Assembly: GCA_964016885.1 (NCBI GenBank)
Contig: OZ024742.1
Coordinates: 203,794,001-203,858,000 of the forward strand
Source: Eledone cirrhosa
Taxonomy: Eukaryota
Length of the DNA: 64,000 bases
Direction of reading: 5' to 3'
Shown here: one piece after another, positions 1 through 14,950 of the stretch
How the letters are laid out: each line of letters begins with the position of its first letter
How positions within the stretch are numbered: the stretch's first letter is position 1
Program-made: the position numbers and the translations under genes
Notes under the pieces: model-generated
Database searches by the model: none
Told to the model about the DNA's origin: nothing
What the model saw: the letters and a program-made list of their open reading frames with translations, nothing else

Positions 1-85
1 TTGATCCTTACAAAGTCGATAAAATAAAGTACCAGTAATACACTGGTTAATTGCTGGCCTTGTGCCAAAAGTAGAAACTATTATA
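1..85 (+). mobile_element. 3' fragment of the abundant tRNA-derived SINE (family A)
   Basis: Matches the 3' half of the full copy at 9145-9332 (GTCGATAAAATAAAGTACCAGTAATACACTGG...GTAGAAAC). Confidence 0.8.
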
Positions 86-185
86 TATAGGCCAATAATA
101 GCTGTCACCGAAATATATATAGCTATAAATTTACAATTTATAATAAACGAAGCCAAATTTTACATATTTGACATACTTATTTTAT

Positions 186-237
<52 letters not shown>

Positions 238-238
238 T

Positions 239-584
239 GTCAACTCTGGATGTCGGTGAGCATGTCCAGCCAACCTCAGTCTCCTCTGTGTCACTTTTGA
301 GCTGACTTTTGGGATGCTCCCATACAACTCTGAGTTTTTCATCCTCAGTGTATACTGATTAATGTTCAGAGCCATCCTCAGCATTCTCGTGTAGCACCCA
401 TCATGTAGCCCCATCATGTAGCCCCTACATGGACACACTAGACGAGGAAGACCAAGGTTAATATATGTTGATGCCCTAAGGACAGACACTGGTCTGTTGG
501 AGATGCAGGATATGGCAGCGATAATGAGGGACAGAGACCGCTGGAGAGAACTCGTCCATGGATCTCGGGAATTTTACCCGCCTT

Positions 585-586
<2 letters not shown>
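239..586. mobile_element. RTE-type LINE 3' fragment with 5' inversion, inserted in (TA)n
   Basis: Minus strand 239-~400 encodes GCYTRMLRMAL...RRLRLAGHAHRHPEL. Plus strand ~421-586 encodes the downstream continuation PLHGHTRRGRPRLIYVDALRTDTG...DRDRWRELV. (TA)n lies on both sides. Confidence 0.8.
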
Positions 587-628
<42 letters not shown>

Positions 629-636
<8 letters not shown>

Positions 637-794
637 TAAAATAACAGATTAAAGTTTAAGCAAATAATCGCTGCTTTCACCCTTAACGGGATCTTCTGAA
701 ACTAACAAAGACCTTTGTTAGTTTCAGAAGATCCCGTTAAGGGTGAAAGCAGCGATTCTTTGCTTAAACTTTAATTTGTTGTTTTAATAAATAT
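629..794. repeat. Near-perfect palindrome (~82-bp arms) with a degenerate hammerhead-like core
   Basis: Arms mirror about 711/712. The right arm reads CAGAAGA-TCCC-GTTAA-GGGT-GAAA. Abuts (TA)n. Confidence 0.8.
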
Positions 795-877
795 TTGCTC
801 TACGGTTCTTATATATTTGAAATATATTTATCCTTATCGAGCCCTCTTTGGATTTTAGTCTTCAAATTTATTGTTAT

Positions 878-994
<117 letters not shown>

Positions 995-1064
995 ACACAA
1001 GCTGAAACCACTGCGTTCGGGATTTTACCTTTCTATATATCTATATAATGAAAAATATACATCT

Positions 1065-1530
1065 GTATACATACACGGTGCCATTACCTCTTTTGACAAC
1101 AAACGGGTAATCTCTACGAACGAAAGGCCAGCTGCATGATGCCTATGTGCAATGCTGCATGGTAGTGAGATATGGGCAGTGAATGTAGAAGATATGTGAA
1201 GGCTGGATAGAAATAAAGGAAGCATGCCTCGATGGATGTGCAATGTTAAGCTGCGTGAACGACAAAGCAGGGTAGCGTCGAAAAAAAAGAAAAAACTGGG
1301 TATAAGAAGAATCTGATATAGTGTGCAAGAGAGGCAACTGCTGGTATAGACTGGTGATGCATATGGATGAACGTTGAGTGTTGAAGTGCCTAGAATTCCC
1401 AGTGGAAGGAAGCTGCAGTAGAGAAAGTCTATAGAGGACGGGAATGAAGGTGGTGAGAGGTGATCTTAAATCATTGAACCTCAAAGTCAGATATAAAAAG
1501 AACCGTAAAATCATGGAAAAGAGAACGTAA
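1065..1530 (+). mobile_element. Degenerate RTE-clade LINE 3' fragment
   Basis: Interrupted translation AMLHGSEIWAVNVEDM*RLDRNKGSMPRWMCNV... is typical of the RTE ORF C-terminus. Confidence 0.7.
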
Positions 1531-2114
1531 AATAATGAAGATGATGATGATGCTAAAGAACGGAGGTAGACGAGGTTACATAAATGTGTGTATAAATTTA
1601 TACATTTTTGGTATATGGACATATAGAGTAAAAATGTATAAATTTATATACACGTGTATGTAGTCTCGGTTAGCTCTATTTAGTATATGGACATATAGAC
1701 TTCGAAAAATATATTGCAGCCGCTATTTCATGCCATAAAAACTGGTGACGGGTCTATAACCAGTACTTGGATGTGTGGGATGGACGCAAAATGATTGTAT
1801 AGCCTGCGACCCTAAAGATGGGTATCCAGCCGGATCAGTTAGAAACGGTTGCTTCTGACAGGACCCGCTGAAAGAGGTGTTCAAGAACTCTGCTCCTACG
1901 ACCCTACCAAGAAGAAGAAGAAGAAGAAGAAGAAGAAGAAGAAGACATAAAGGCATGCCAAATAAATGAATTCCCCTGCAAATTGAAAAAAAGATAAATA
2001 TCTTTAATCGATTTCCAAATCTAGTTGGAAGGCTGAACATCATCTAAAGAACTTAAATATGTATCCAAGGGGTGTTATATACATCATATATTATAATATC
2101 CTGATACACACACA

Positions 2115-2150
<36 letters not shown>

Positions 2151-2267
2151 CACACACACACGCACATACACACACATATGTATATATATAATAGATAAAT
2201 ATACATACATATAGATATAAATTTATATACTTTCGCTGCTTAGCACCAAACTTTGTGTATGTGTGTA

Positions 2268-2312
<45 letters not shown>

Positions 2313-2629
2313 TATTAAAAAAATAATGAATAAACAAAGAAACAGTTCCTTATATTAAACAAAAAAAGTTCATTATTTTACGATCGTTTCTAGGACATAT
2401 ATGTGTTAGAATTGGTATGCATATTCAATATATATATTTATTTCGTTTCTGAATTTGTTTTTCAAGATTCTTTATCTGAAAACGTGTGTTGAAACCGATA
2501 TTGTTATACTTTGGGAGGGTCATGTTGCCAATAAGAAACACGCACCAGTTGCGTTCACTCAAATTTATTATAAATTAAATTTATAACTTTCCAGTTGGTT
2601 GGTTCCACAACCGGACGGTTGTTCATATA

Positions 2630-2676
2630 TTGTCAAAGTTCTTTCGTCACATATTCTGTGACCTCTTCAGGGACTG
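2630..2676 (-). ncRNA. Hammerhead-like motif (degenerate stem III) in a Penelope-type LTR remnant
   Basis: Minus strand reads GTCC-CTGAAGA-G-GTCAC-AGAATAT-GTGAC-GAAA-GAACTTT-GAC. A diverged copy lies at ~35900-35940 (+). Confidence 0.5.
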
Positions 2677-2956
2677 GGGATTCTTCTGTTTATTTTGTGC
2701 CGCTCCTTTGTTCTGTCCTACCCCATCTTGTTTTGGTGTGTGTTGTCTGTATTGTGTGCTTAGTTTGCGCATGAGTTACATCCGGGTGTCTGTGTGTGTT
2801 TTTATTTGTTTATTTATGTGTTTATTTATTTGTTTATTTATATGTTTGTTCTATGTGTGTGTGTTTTCATTTTGTCCTTAATTGTAAGTTGTGATGTTGC
2901 TATTCCATTCATATTTTCTATTTAATTTTGGTTGGAGTTCATTACTCCCAAAGTAT

Positions 2957-2990
<34 letters not shown>

Positions 2991-2992
<2 letters not shown>

Positions 2993-3117
2993 CGAAGGAA
3001 GTGTGGTACGGAACCAGATGGACCATAACGCACCAGAGTACTCGATACTTTGGGTAGTAGAATCCAGACATAGCCGTCGAAACGGCGTGAGCTCTGCCGT
3101 CGGGGTCCTGAACCTTT
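2991..3117. mobile_element. (TA)n-flanked fold-back element, family F (deleted copy)
   Basis: Same sequence as 26270-26412, 33517-33712, 33731-33932 and 38094-38288. Confidence 0.75.
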
Positions 3118-3220
3118 ATATATATATATATATATGTAAAAGGTAAACAGAAATAACAACACAATCGTACAGTATATGGAAGGTATATATTAGGTTAACG
3201 CTTAATATAACAGGAAGAGG

Positions 3221-3260
3221 GTCTTAAAGTTTCGGACGATAGTCCTCCATCAGAAAAAAG
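3221..3260 (-). ncRNA. Hammerhead-like motif
   Basis: Minus strand reads CTGATG(G)A-GGAC-TATC-GTCC-GAAA-CTTTA-AGA, with one extra base in the core. Confidence 0.5.
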
Positions 3261-3441
3261 AATGAGACATAAAATAGATTGAGGAGACGGGCGGGTTGGA
3301 ATAGGAAAAATATCTTTAGATAAAAATAACAGGTCTATTTATATTGACATCTCTTGCAAAACTGTTGGTGCTGGCGTTTTGTATATGATTTGTTTTTTTA
3401 GAAAAGTGGACGATGGCAGGCGTTTACCATATATATATATG

Positions 3442-3519
<78 letters not shown>

Positions 3520-3750
3520 ATGACTTGGCAAGCTATTTAGAACACTGGTTTAACCGCTTTACTTCCCACCGAAGAAGAGATATTATCTCGAAAATTAAGG
3601 TCATTTAAATAAATCTAAGGTAAAAGACTAATTGTCAACAATATCTTTTGCATTTGCATTCTTTATGTTATGTCCATACCTGCATTGTTTTGGCTTTATT
3701 ATACATATACAAACGTTTATACCTCATTACACAATGCTTCCTCCATATAA

Positions 3751-5282
<1,532 letters not shown>

Positions 5283-5627
5283 TATATATATAAAATAGAT
5301 GGCATCAATATAAACATTTTTTTTTTTTTTTAACTACTGAAGAAAGAGGAAAGAAAGGAAAGCATAGAGGAAGAAACAGCTGATGTGATAATATATTTAG
5401 TAGGTGCCTCGAAAAACAAATGAAAGATGATTCTGTTTTTTTAACTGTTATATTGATGCCATGTATTTTTAAGCTGTATTACACGCACCCTCTCTATTGT
5501 TTGTATTATATATTTTTCTCATGTTCTCAATATTAGGGTATAAATATTGAGTTTTGTCATATGTTAATCACTACCATGACTGAATCTTAACCATCTACTA
5601 TGTCAGCGTATGTCATACATCATCTTA

Positions 5628-5690
5628 TTTTATCTGATGGGGACGTACTGTTGAACTTAACTCAGTACCTCTGAAATAAGTATAATAAAA
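5628..5690 (+). ncRNA. Hammerhead motif, family H (A9G variant)
   Basis: TTTTAT-CTGATGG-GGACGTACTG..CAGTACCTCT-GAAA-TAAGTATA-ATAAAA, homologous to 36675-36736. Confidence 0.6.
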
Positions 5691-5734
5691 TATACTTGAT
5701 AACAAGAATATCTATTTTGTTAATATTTTGAATT

Positions 5735-7110
<1,376 letters not shown>

Positions 7111-7429
7111 ATATATATATATTTCTGTTTCCCTTTTACATACATACATATATATATATGAGTGTTTGTGCATACAAAGAAATAGAAACGTCGTGGTGGC
7201 GGTAGTGCTGCTACTACTGCTGTTGCTGCTAACACTGCTGTTGATGATGGTGATGATGATGTTGACTATGATGATGATGATGATGGTGCAAGAGCAGAAG
7301 CAATATAATTGGATGAAAGAATGGAGAAATTGGAAAAGCAGGACAGTGATTTGGCAGAAATATGGAAATGGCGAAAAACAATGGAAGAACCGTAGACATT
7401 AGAGACAGTTTAAGAATGGCTGGAAGAGT

Positions 7430-7860
7430 GAGAGTGAAGGGAGGCGGGTGAGATGGGGAGTGGGAGAGGTGTGGGAGGGTGAGAGAAATAGAGAGAAAGA
7501 AAGAGAAGTGAGAGGGACAAAGAGAGAGAATGGGGGACGGGGTAGGGAAAGAGAGATGGGAGAGGGAGAGGCGTGGGGGCGAGAAAAGACAGAGAGAAAG
7601 AAGTAGAGAGTCAGAAAGAGGAGGAGGGAGAGGGACAGAGAGCAAGATATGATTGGAGAAACAGAGAGGGAGAGAGAGACATGATTGGAGAAACAGAGAG
7701 AGAGAGAGAGAGAGAGACATGATTGGAGAAACAGAGAGAGAAAGAGATGATTGGAGTAACAGAGAGGGAGAGAGGGAGAGACATGATGAGAGAGACAGAG
7801 AGAGAGACATGGTGGGAGAAACAGAGAGTGAGAGAGAGAGGGAGGGAGAGAGGATGATGG
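7430..7860. repeat. GA-rich low-complexity tract with a recurring ACATGATTGGAGAAACAGAG motif
   Basis: Direct inspection. Confidence 0.8.
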
Positions 7861-8488
7861 AATCTTGAAAACAAAAGCGAAATTTAGAGTTAGGCAAAGC
7901 TTCAAGATAGAATGTGTTGTATGTTTTCAGTAAGGAAGAGATGGGGTAGTTACTAGTGTGGAACTAAATACCTGTCGGTATTTATTTTCCCTCGCTACAA
8001 CCTCAGTCCAAATCCTATAGGGGACAACTTTACCTTTTAGGCTCAATAAAATAAAGTATCAGTCCAGGCTGCCTTGCAGTATTTGTTCTAGCTCTTTGAA
8101 TTCTAGGTTCAAATCGTATTATGGCGTATCTACATGTTAGACTTAATCTCTTGCTAGGTTTAACACCTCCACTTGGCCCCCGAGTGTTATTTGCTGAATC
8201 TATTCAGTTGCAATGTATTCTATAGATTAGTTATTGCTTTTTTGTTGTTGTTGTTGCTTAGCCCCAGGTCAGCTGAGATTAACCAGATATATTATTTATA
8301 ATGTATTTTAGTCGTGACCATCTTTGTCTTTTATCGTTAGCTTCAAATATAATCTATCTCAGATAACATTATCGAAAATGTCATTTTTTGTTAGACTAAA
8401 AGGCATGCAAGGAGGAAGATTTGGCTGCTATTTCTAGCAGGAAATACGACTGGCTAAACATTTCTCGGTTTAGATATGTTTGTAAATA

Positions 8489-8679
8489 CGAGGATCGACT
8501 GAACAGTTTATAGGCTGACTATGGTGTGATAACAGCTGTGAAATTGTGTATGCATTAATTTCAACTCTTTATTAATAACTCCATTGTTTCTTTCCAAGGA
8601 CTATGTTGAAAAATACACCTCATTTGGTCATTCCATGAGAGTATCTTGGTCAGCCTATGAACTTTTCAGCCTATCATCG
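8489..8679. mobile_element. Mariner-like MITE
   Basis: TA flanks and ~30-bp imperfect TIRs: CGAGGATCGACTGAACAGTTTATAGGCTGAC / GTCAGCCTATGAACTTTTCAGCCTATCATCG. Confidence 0.7.
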
Positions 8680-8742
8680 TATATGTCAGTAAATATTTCA
8701 AAACATTCAATGCAGCAGTTTACCATTTCTGCCGCCCATCTA

Positions 8743-9144
8743 CTGTGGGGTCTTGAATAATCGCCCCCCACCCACTCCATCCCGCTTATTAAATTTTCAG
8801 ATCCCTCCACGCTCTTATTCCTAATCGCCCCCACCCCACTTATTACATTTTACTAATCTATCTTCCGTGGAATTTTATTTTAAGTGGTAGCATTCCTGCG
8901 ACATTTAATTTTCTTTATACATTAAAAACATTATACATAACAAAAAAAGTACATTACTAGAAATCCCATAAGTTATAAAATAAATAGGATGGGCTGGGGT
9001 CCTAATATGTAAACTAAACGACTAATTCTGGTTTTTAAAAAATCGTCGAAGACAACCTCAAAAATTACCGATTTTCCAATCCCCCAAGTATCCTCCCACC
9101 CACACACTTATTCCAACTCCAATCCCAACTATTATTGGGGACTA
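8743..9144. mobile_element. Diverged inverted copy of the MITE at 18800-19189; one end interrupted by a SINE
   Basis: Internal TAAGTGGTAGCATTCCTGCGACATTTAATTTTCTTTATACATTAAA is a near-identical reverse complement of sequence at ~19015-19062. Confidence 0.7.
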
Positions 9145-9332
9145 AGGGCGGTGGATTGGCAGTATTGGTAGAGGGTCGGACGCCATGCTTTGACGCATAG
9201 AGTTACAGCCCTTGCCATTCTGAGTTCAAATCCCGCCGAGGTTAACTTTGCCTTTCATCCTTACGGGGTCGATAAAATAAAGTACCAGTAATACACTGGG
9301 TTATTGCTGGCCTTGTGCCTAACGTAGAAACA
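9145..9332 (+). mobile_element. Full-length tRNA-derived SINE (family A; central domain resembles the MetaSINE domain)
   Basis: A-box-like TGGCAGTATTGG, B-box GTTCAAATC, GCCTTTCATCCTTACGGGGTCGATAAA domain. 14-bp TSD ATTATTGGGGACTA at 9131-9144 and 9333-9346. Confidence 0.9.
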
Positions 9333-9361
9333 ATTATTGGGGACTATGTTTGAGTTATAAT

Positions 9362-9542
9362 TGTTTCTACTTTTGGCACAAGGCCAGCAATTATCCCAGT
9401 GTATTACTGGTACTTTATTTTATCGACCCCGTAAGGATGAAAGGCAAAGTTTACTTCAGCGGGATTTGAACTCAGACCATAAAGGGCCGTAACTCTCTGC
9501 TGCAAAGCATGGCGTCCGACTCTCTACCGATACTGCCATCCA
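9362..9542 (-). mobile_element. SINE family A, near full length
   Basis: Reverse-complement match to 9145-9332. TSD TTGAGTTATAAT at 9350-9361 and 9543-9554. Confidence 0.9.
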
Positions 9543-9769
9543 TTGAGTTATAATGATAGACATTAGCAAGTCATGTGGAGAAGCTCTTTTAACGCATCTC
9601 ATTCGCTGTACTCTGGAGTCAGAAATTCAATATTCTCTCCACTGGGACCATGAAACAAACAGCAGAAATTATGATAAGTCAATATAGTGTGGTTACTAAT
9701 TAGCAATGACACTAACAACGTGGTTGTGTTTAACGCCGTATTTGGACCTACATACTGTATATTTATATA

Positions 9770-9905
9770 TAATTGTTTCTACTCTTGGCACAAGGCCAGC
9801 AATTACCCAGTGCATTACTGGTACTTTATTTTATAGACCCCGTAAGGATGAAAGGCAAAGTTTACCTCGTCGGGATTTGAACTCAGACCGTAAAGGGACC
9901 TAACT
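9770..9905 (-). mobile_element. SINE family A, 5'-truncated
   Basis: Match to family A. Confidence 0.85.
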
Positions 9906-9961
9906 ATTAAAGTTGTCTTTTTTTCCGGGTATGTCAATATTTATTTATAAAACAAATCTGT

Positions 9962-10025
9962 ATTTTTTCTGACGAAAGCGCACCATAATTTGCCTAGGTT
10001 GCCCTTGAAATATGTATAATAAAAT
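9962..10025 (+). ncRNA. Hammerhead motif, family H
   Basis: CTGACGA(9969-9975)-AAGCGCACC..GGTTGCCCTT-GAAA(10007-10010)-TATGTATA-ATAAAA. Confidence 0.6.
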
Positions 10026-10207
10026 AAATATGGTTTTATAAATATAGTTTCCATTTATTAATATATTGTGTATTTACTCCACTAAACAGTTGAGTGCTTT
10101 ATATCAGTTATAAAAATGTTTAAGCTTTTTGAATCCCAACAAATTAAATATAACATCTGCATATATATATATATATATATGAGCTTTAGCATGTCTTGTC
10201 TATTTCC

Positions 10208-10251
10208 TTGCTCTGATGAGTCCTTATTAATGGGACGAAACACTGTCAGCT
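10208..10251 (+). ncRNA. Canonical minimal type-I hammerhead ribozyme
   Basis: GCT-CTGATGA(10213-10219)-GTCC..GGAC-GAAA(10237-10240)-CACTGTC^AGC, followed by AATAAA. It lies in a ~120-bp module between (TA)n tracts. Confidence 0.85.
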
Positions 10252-10413
10252 AATAAAGACTTTTGATGTATTGAAGGCTTCTTTGTTTATTTTTTATAAT
10301 ATATATATATATATATATATACGTTATTCCGGGTTGAATCGGAGGTAACCACAGTAAGTAAGGTACTCAATACATAGCAGAGTATAACAGTTTTAATATA
10401 GCATCTATATTAA

Positions 10414-10475
<62 letters not shown>

Positions 10476-10476
10476 G

Positions 10477-10508
<32 letters not shown>

Positions 10509-10521
10509 GTATATATATATA

Positions 10522-10586
<65 letters not shown>

Positions 10587-10787
10587 TAGTTTTGCGAGGT
10601 TTTTGATATGAAATCGTGTGTCGAAACAAATATTGTATATATATATATACAATATATATATATACAATATATATATATATATATATATATGGAAACTGCC
10701 GGTAATAGCATTATGAACAGGTAGATATTTAAATTATTTTTTAATTTATTTAAAGGATTGTTTAATGTTTGTTTGTTCTGCTCATCA

Positions 10788-10873
<86 letters not shown>

Positions 10874-10964
10874 ATACTTTGGGAGGGTCATTTACACGTT
10901 TTCAGATAAAGAATCTTGCTAAACAAATTCAGAATCGAAATATATATATATACATATATGTATA

Positions 10965-11093
<129 letters not shown>

Positions 11094-11141
11094 TAAAAAC
11101 AATGAATAAAAACAAAGAAACAGTTCCTTATATTAAAAAAT

Positions 11142-11279
11142 TCATCATTTTACGATCGTTTCTAGGATATATATATGTGTGTTGGTATGTATATCATATA
11201 GATCTATGTAAAAATTTTACAAACTATCAGAGGGAATATACATACCTACACATATATATGCTGTCTTGAGAAATAATGA
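11142..11279 (-). ncRNA. Hammerhead fold in the element's 3' pLTR (G5C, probably inactive), ~100-nt stem II
   Basis: Minus strand reads TCATTATTT-CTCAAGA-[long hairpin]-GAAA-CGATCGTA^AAATGATGA: 9-bp stem I and palindromic stem III. Confidence 0.65.
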
Positions 11280-11961
11280 TATTTGTTTATTGAAAAAAAC
11301 CAACAAAGATTTAATATAATAGGTCTGTTTGGGAACAGGTTTTGAATTGACCAATACAAAAGTAGTAGAAATTTAATTTAGGGGTAGAGAAATGCAGACT
11401 TAAGTTTTGAATGGAAAGAATATTTTGCATGAAAAGATTACTTTGGGGATGAAAAGAGGTCAAGCCGGTGAAAGGTTCACGAAAATTTGATGTTATTAAA
11501 GAATAATGCTAATGTTAAAATCGAAGGAGAATAAAATTTTAGGATAAATGTGTTAGTGAGAAATACCAATCTTATTTAAAACATAAAAAGAAATTAAATT
11601 AATTTAATTGATAGGTATACTTATAGGGATAAATTTATAGTAATTCATATAGATGTTATTAAATAGATGTTATTAAATAGATGTTATTAAATAGATGTTG
11701 TTTCAAACGAAGGAAAAAAATGTTTTGGGGATAAATGTATTAGTGAGAAATAACAAACTTATATAGACTACAAGGAATTTAGATTTATAACAGGAAATTA
11801 AAATAATTTATATGTATACTTATAGGTATTAATTTTAGGAAAAGATAGCTGTAAAGGGAAATAAAATTATGAAGTTCTCAGTAGTAAAATACTAATTATA
11901 GGTTAACTAAATTAAAAAAACTAATTATAATAATTTGTAAAATATAAGTGTAAGGTGTATA

Positions 11962-13662
11962 TTAATTAGGTTTATAATATTTGAAAGTTCTTCTAATTCT
12001 ATGATTGCACGATATAATTAATTCTTGTCGCTTATTTAATAGGATATCCTTAGATTTCATTATTTCAAAAAGTTCCTGGGAACATAATCTACACTCATAT
12101 CTGTTATTTTGATAAGGGGTGGCCCTTTTGAGCACACTCCAGGTCAGGTTATAATCGATATTCTTTTTTCTATAATTATTAATTATTTCAGCCAAGGATG
12201 TTGTATTAGCTAATGCAGCATTTTTAAAACTGTGTTTGTGGGTATTAAATCTTACTTTAAATTGGTTAGAAGTAGCTCCTATATATGAATAAGTTGAGTC
12301 CTTAGTGCTAATTTTACATTTATATACTATGTTATTAATAAGGCAATTTCCTTTTAATGGGCAATTTGCTTTGTTTCTACAGTTACAACCATTCGTGAAT
12401 ATTATATCAGGGGAGTTAGTCAAATTAGGTGTGGAATTTACTCGACTTGTTGTATGTGAAGGAGATGGTGGTTTGCTGCGGTTTATTTTAGTGTTATGGT
12501 TAGTTTGATGTGTTGGTGGTATATTCATGGTTCTTTTACATTTATATGCATTGTAGGCACTTATATTTTGTTGTATATTTTTGGTAGTGGAGTAGGAAAA
12601 TTTGACCGTTGATCTATTTAAAATTTGATGGTATTTATTGTTTGGCGGGAAGTTTTTCTCTAGGATAGTAAAAAAATGTTTAGGGATATTATCTTTAATT
12701 TGTAGATTAAATAGAGCATTATACCAAGTAACTCGTCTATTACGGTTTCGATGTTGTTTATTATTTTTATAGGATGTATCCTGATGTTTACTAAGAGAGT
12801 TAGTATTAGTGAATGTATTATATATAGGTTTAGTTAGATTAATTGATTTAGGTATTTTAGTCTGATTATTAGGAATTTTGTTAGTAATGTTATTAACATA
12901 TATTGGAGTATTAGGATGAATGGTTTTTTGAAAGTTATTATATTGTATGTGAGAAGAGGTAGAGAAATTAAATTTTAAGTTAGTATTTTTGGGTATAGTG
13001 TGAGTTGCATTTAGGTGTGTATTTTTCATTTGGTGTTTGTTGGTAATATTGGGTTGTATGTTTGTAGTATTATTGGTACAAGGTATATAGACTAATTTGT
13101 TTTTGTGGCCGCTTCTAGCTAAAGCTTCGTTATAAAAGGTCGCATTTTTATCGAATACATCCTGGTTAGATGAAAGGTTAGAAATTCTGAGTGAGATATT
13201 ATATACTAGGTTTTTAAGGATAGATCTAGGGTGATTGGATTGTGAGTGTATGTAATGTAAGTTTTGGTTAGGTTTATGGTAAGGTTGGTAGATACCCGTA
13301 GATAAGTCTAAAGTTATATCAAGGAAATTAACTACTTCACTGGTGTTTTCAAATGTAATAGTGAGACTATAATAGTCTTTGAGGAAAGTTCTAATAAGTT
13401 TTTTATTTTTTTCAATTTCTGATAGGCTAAGGTTAGTGGAAAGAAGAAGACAGTCATCACGATATAAACCACCTTTAAGGTGGGGAAAAGAAGCATTTAT
13501 GTTAAATAGAAGAAAGAGGCCCACAAGATCGGTAATTTGGGCAGAATCACTAGAGCACATAGTAATGTCGAATAGATTACTATATGTATTTCTGGTCCAG
13601 TATTCCTTCTGAAATTCCAGTAGTGTTTGACTAGCGTGCGTGATAATATTAATGTCATCCAT
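11962..13662 (-). CDS. Penelope-like reverse transcriptase (C-terminal part) plus GIY-YIG endonuclease, N-terminally truncated
   Basis: 566-aa open frame. RT motifs: FDITMCSSDSAQITDLVG, GLYRDD, VNFLDITL, YHKP, SNHP. Linker: CNCRNKANCPLKGNC. GIY-YIG: IVYKC..YIGAT..FKVRFNTH, CRLCSQE, LLNKR. Confidence 0.92.
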   Translation of the reverse strand: MDDINIITHASQTLLEFQKEYWTRNTYSNLFDITMCSSDSAQITDLVGLFLLFNINASFPHLKGGLYRDDCLLLSTNLSLSEIEKNKKLIRTFLKDYYSLTITFENTSEVVNFLDITLDLSTGIYQPYHKPNQNLHYIHSQSNHPRSILKNLVYNISLRISNLSSNQDVFDKNATFYNEALARSGHKNKLVYIPCTNNTTNIQPNITNKHQMKNTHLNATHTIPKNTNLKFNFSTSSHIQYNNFQKTIHPNTPIYVNNITNKIPNNQTKIPKSINLTKPIYNTFTNTNSLSKHQDTSYKNNKQHRNRNRRVTWYNALFNLQIKDNIPKHFFTILEKNFPPNNKYHQILNRSTVKFSYSTTKNIQQNISAYNAYKCKRTMNIPPTHQTNHNTKINRSKPPSPSHTTSRVNSTPNLTNSPDIIFTNGCNCRNKANCPLKGNCLINNIVYKCKISTKDSTYSYIGATSNQFKVRFNTHKHSFKNAALANTTSLAEIINNYRKKNIDYNLTWSVLKRATPYQNNRYECRLCSQELFEIMKSKDILLNKRQELIISCNHRIRRTFKYYKPN

Positions 13663-13699
13663 AGTTAAGTTTGATCTATTTTTGTATATATATATATAC

Positions 13700-13731
<32 letters not shown>

Positions 13732-13787
13732 GTACCGATTGTGTTGTTATTTCTGTTTACCTTATATATACATATATATTTATATAT

Positions 13788-13829
<42 letters not shown>

Positions 13830-13880
13830 GAAAGTATAGAAATTATTGTGAGTATGAAGCCAACAGTATTTCATAATATC

Positions 13881-14090
13881 TAAGTCGATCGACTTTCGTC
13901 AAATCGGACCGAGGAAACAATGTTTCCGTTGGTCTTTCCAATTACTTTCTATCGGTCGCAACTCCAGGTAGAAGGAGCAACGTGAAATAAAGTGTCTTGC
14001 TCAAGGACATAACGCATCGCCTGGTCCGAGAATCGAACTCTCAACCTCACGATTGCGAATCCAATTCTCTAACCACTCAGCCACGCGCCT
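13881..14090 (-). mobile_element. tRNA-derived SINE family B (5' part)
   Basis: Minus strand has A-box TGGCTGAGTGG, B-box GTTCGATTC and GTCCTTGAGCAAGACACT. TTCATAATAT is repeated at both flanks. Confidence 0.75.
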
Positions 14091-14718
14091 TCATAATATA
14101 TAAGTGACTATAACGTCAAAATGGAAAATGGAAAAATAGTTAACGTAAGATGTGGGAAAATAATTCAAACTCAATTTTAAAAAAATCAAGTCATAGATTT
14201 ATCCACAGAATTTTGTGAAATCCAGGGAAAAATCAATAGAGCCGTAACTCAGAATAAAATAAAGTTTAAATACTCATCCTTCAATTTGGAAAAACTACAA
14301 ATGCTCTGTTTAGTCTTAAAAATACTATTTCACGAAACTTTCAGTGTGGATGGTGACGGTTGAATCGATCGTCAGCAGAGCTCAACACACGATAACCCTA
14401 GTTCCACTGTTTATAATATGCCATAAAGGGAATTTAAAAGCAGGCTAGTTCGCATCATGCGTAATTATGAAAATAAACGCACATGGAGAAACATGGCTGG
14501 TGACGTCAGAATGAGACGAATGTCTGTTTACAGGAAACAGCAGTCAAAAAACATTCCGAAAAAACTCTACAAATGTAAGGAAAATAGCAATATTATCGCG
14601 GTTTTTTTTTTTAAAGACTGGGATTAGTCACAAATACTTTTAAGCACTCTAGGAAAATTCCGAGTATAAATATAAATGAAACTATAGAAAGTATTGTGAG
14701 CATGAAGCCAACAGAGTT

Positions 14719-14760
<42 letters not shown>

Positions 14761-14891
14761 CAAAGAGATATTTAATTTGTTGGTTATTCAACAAATTCAT
14801 TTATAACAGATTCTAAGCACTCTGCAAGTTTTCTGGAGTATAATATCAATGATATTAATAAATGGAAACTATATTTATGAAACCATATTTA

Positions 14892-14950
14892 TTTTATTAT
14901 ATATATTTCAAGGGTACCAACATTTTTGTACGCTCTCATCGGATAAAATA
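14892..14950 (-). ncRNA. Hammerhead motif, family H (U4C)
   Basis: Minus strand reads TTTTAT-CCGATGA-GAGCGTAC..GTACCCTT-GAAA-TATATATA-ATAAAA. The flanks are homologous to ~9920-10130 and ~36360-36570. Confidence 0.6.

Noticed and set aside
11962-13662. Selenocysteine recoding as reported for some Naiad elements
   Set aside because: No in-frame TGA in the visible ORF, which ends in TAA
14020-14090. tRNA gene (also ~9145-9240 and ~31215-31280)
   Set aside because: The A/B boxes belong to SINE heads that continue into SINE bodies; no convincing cloverleaf
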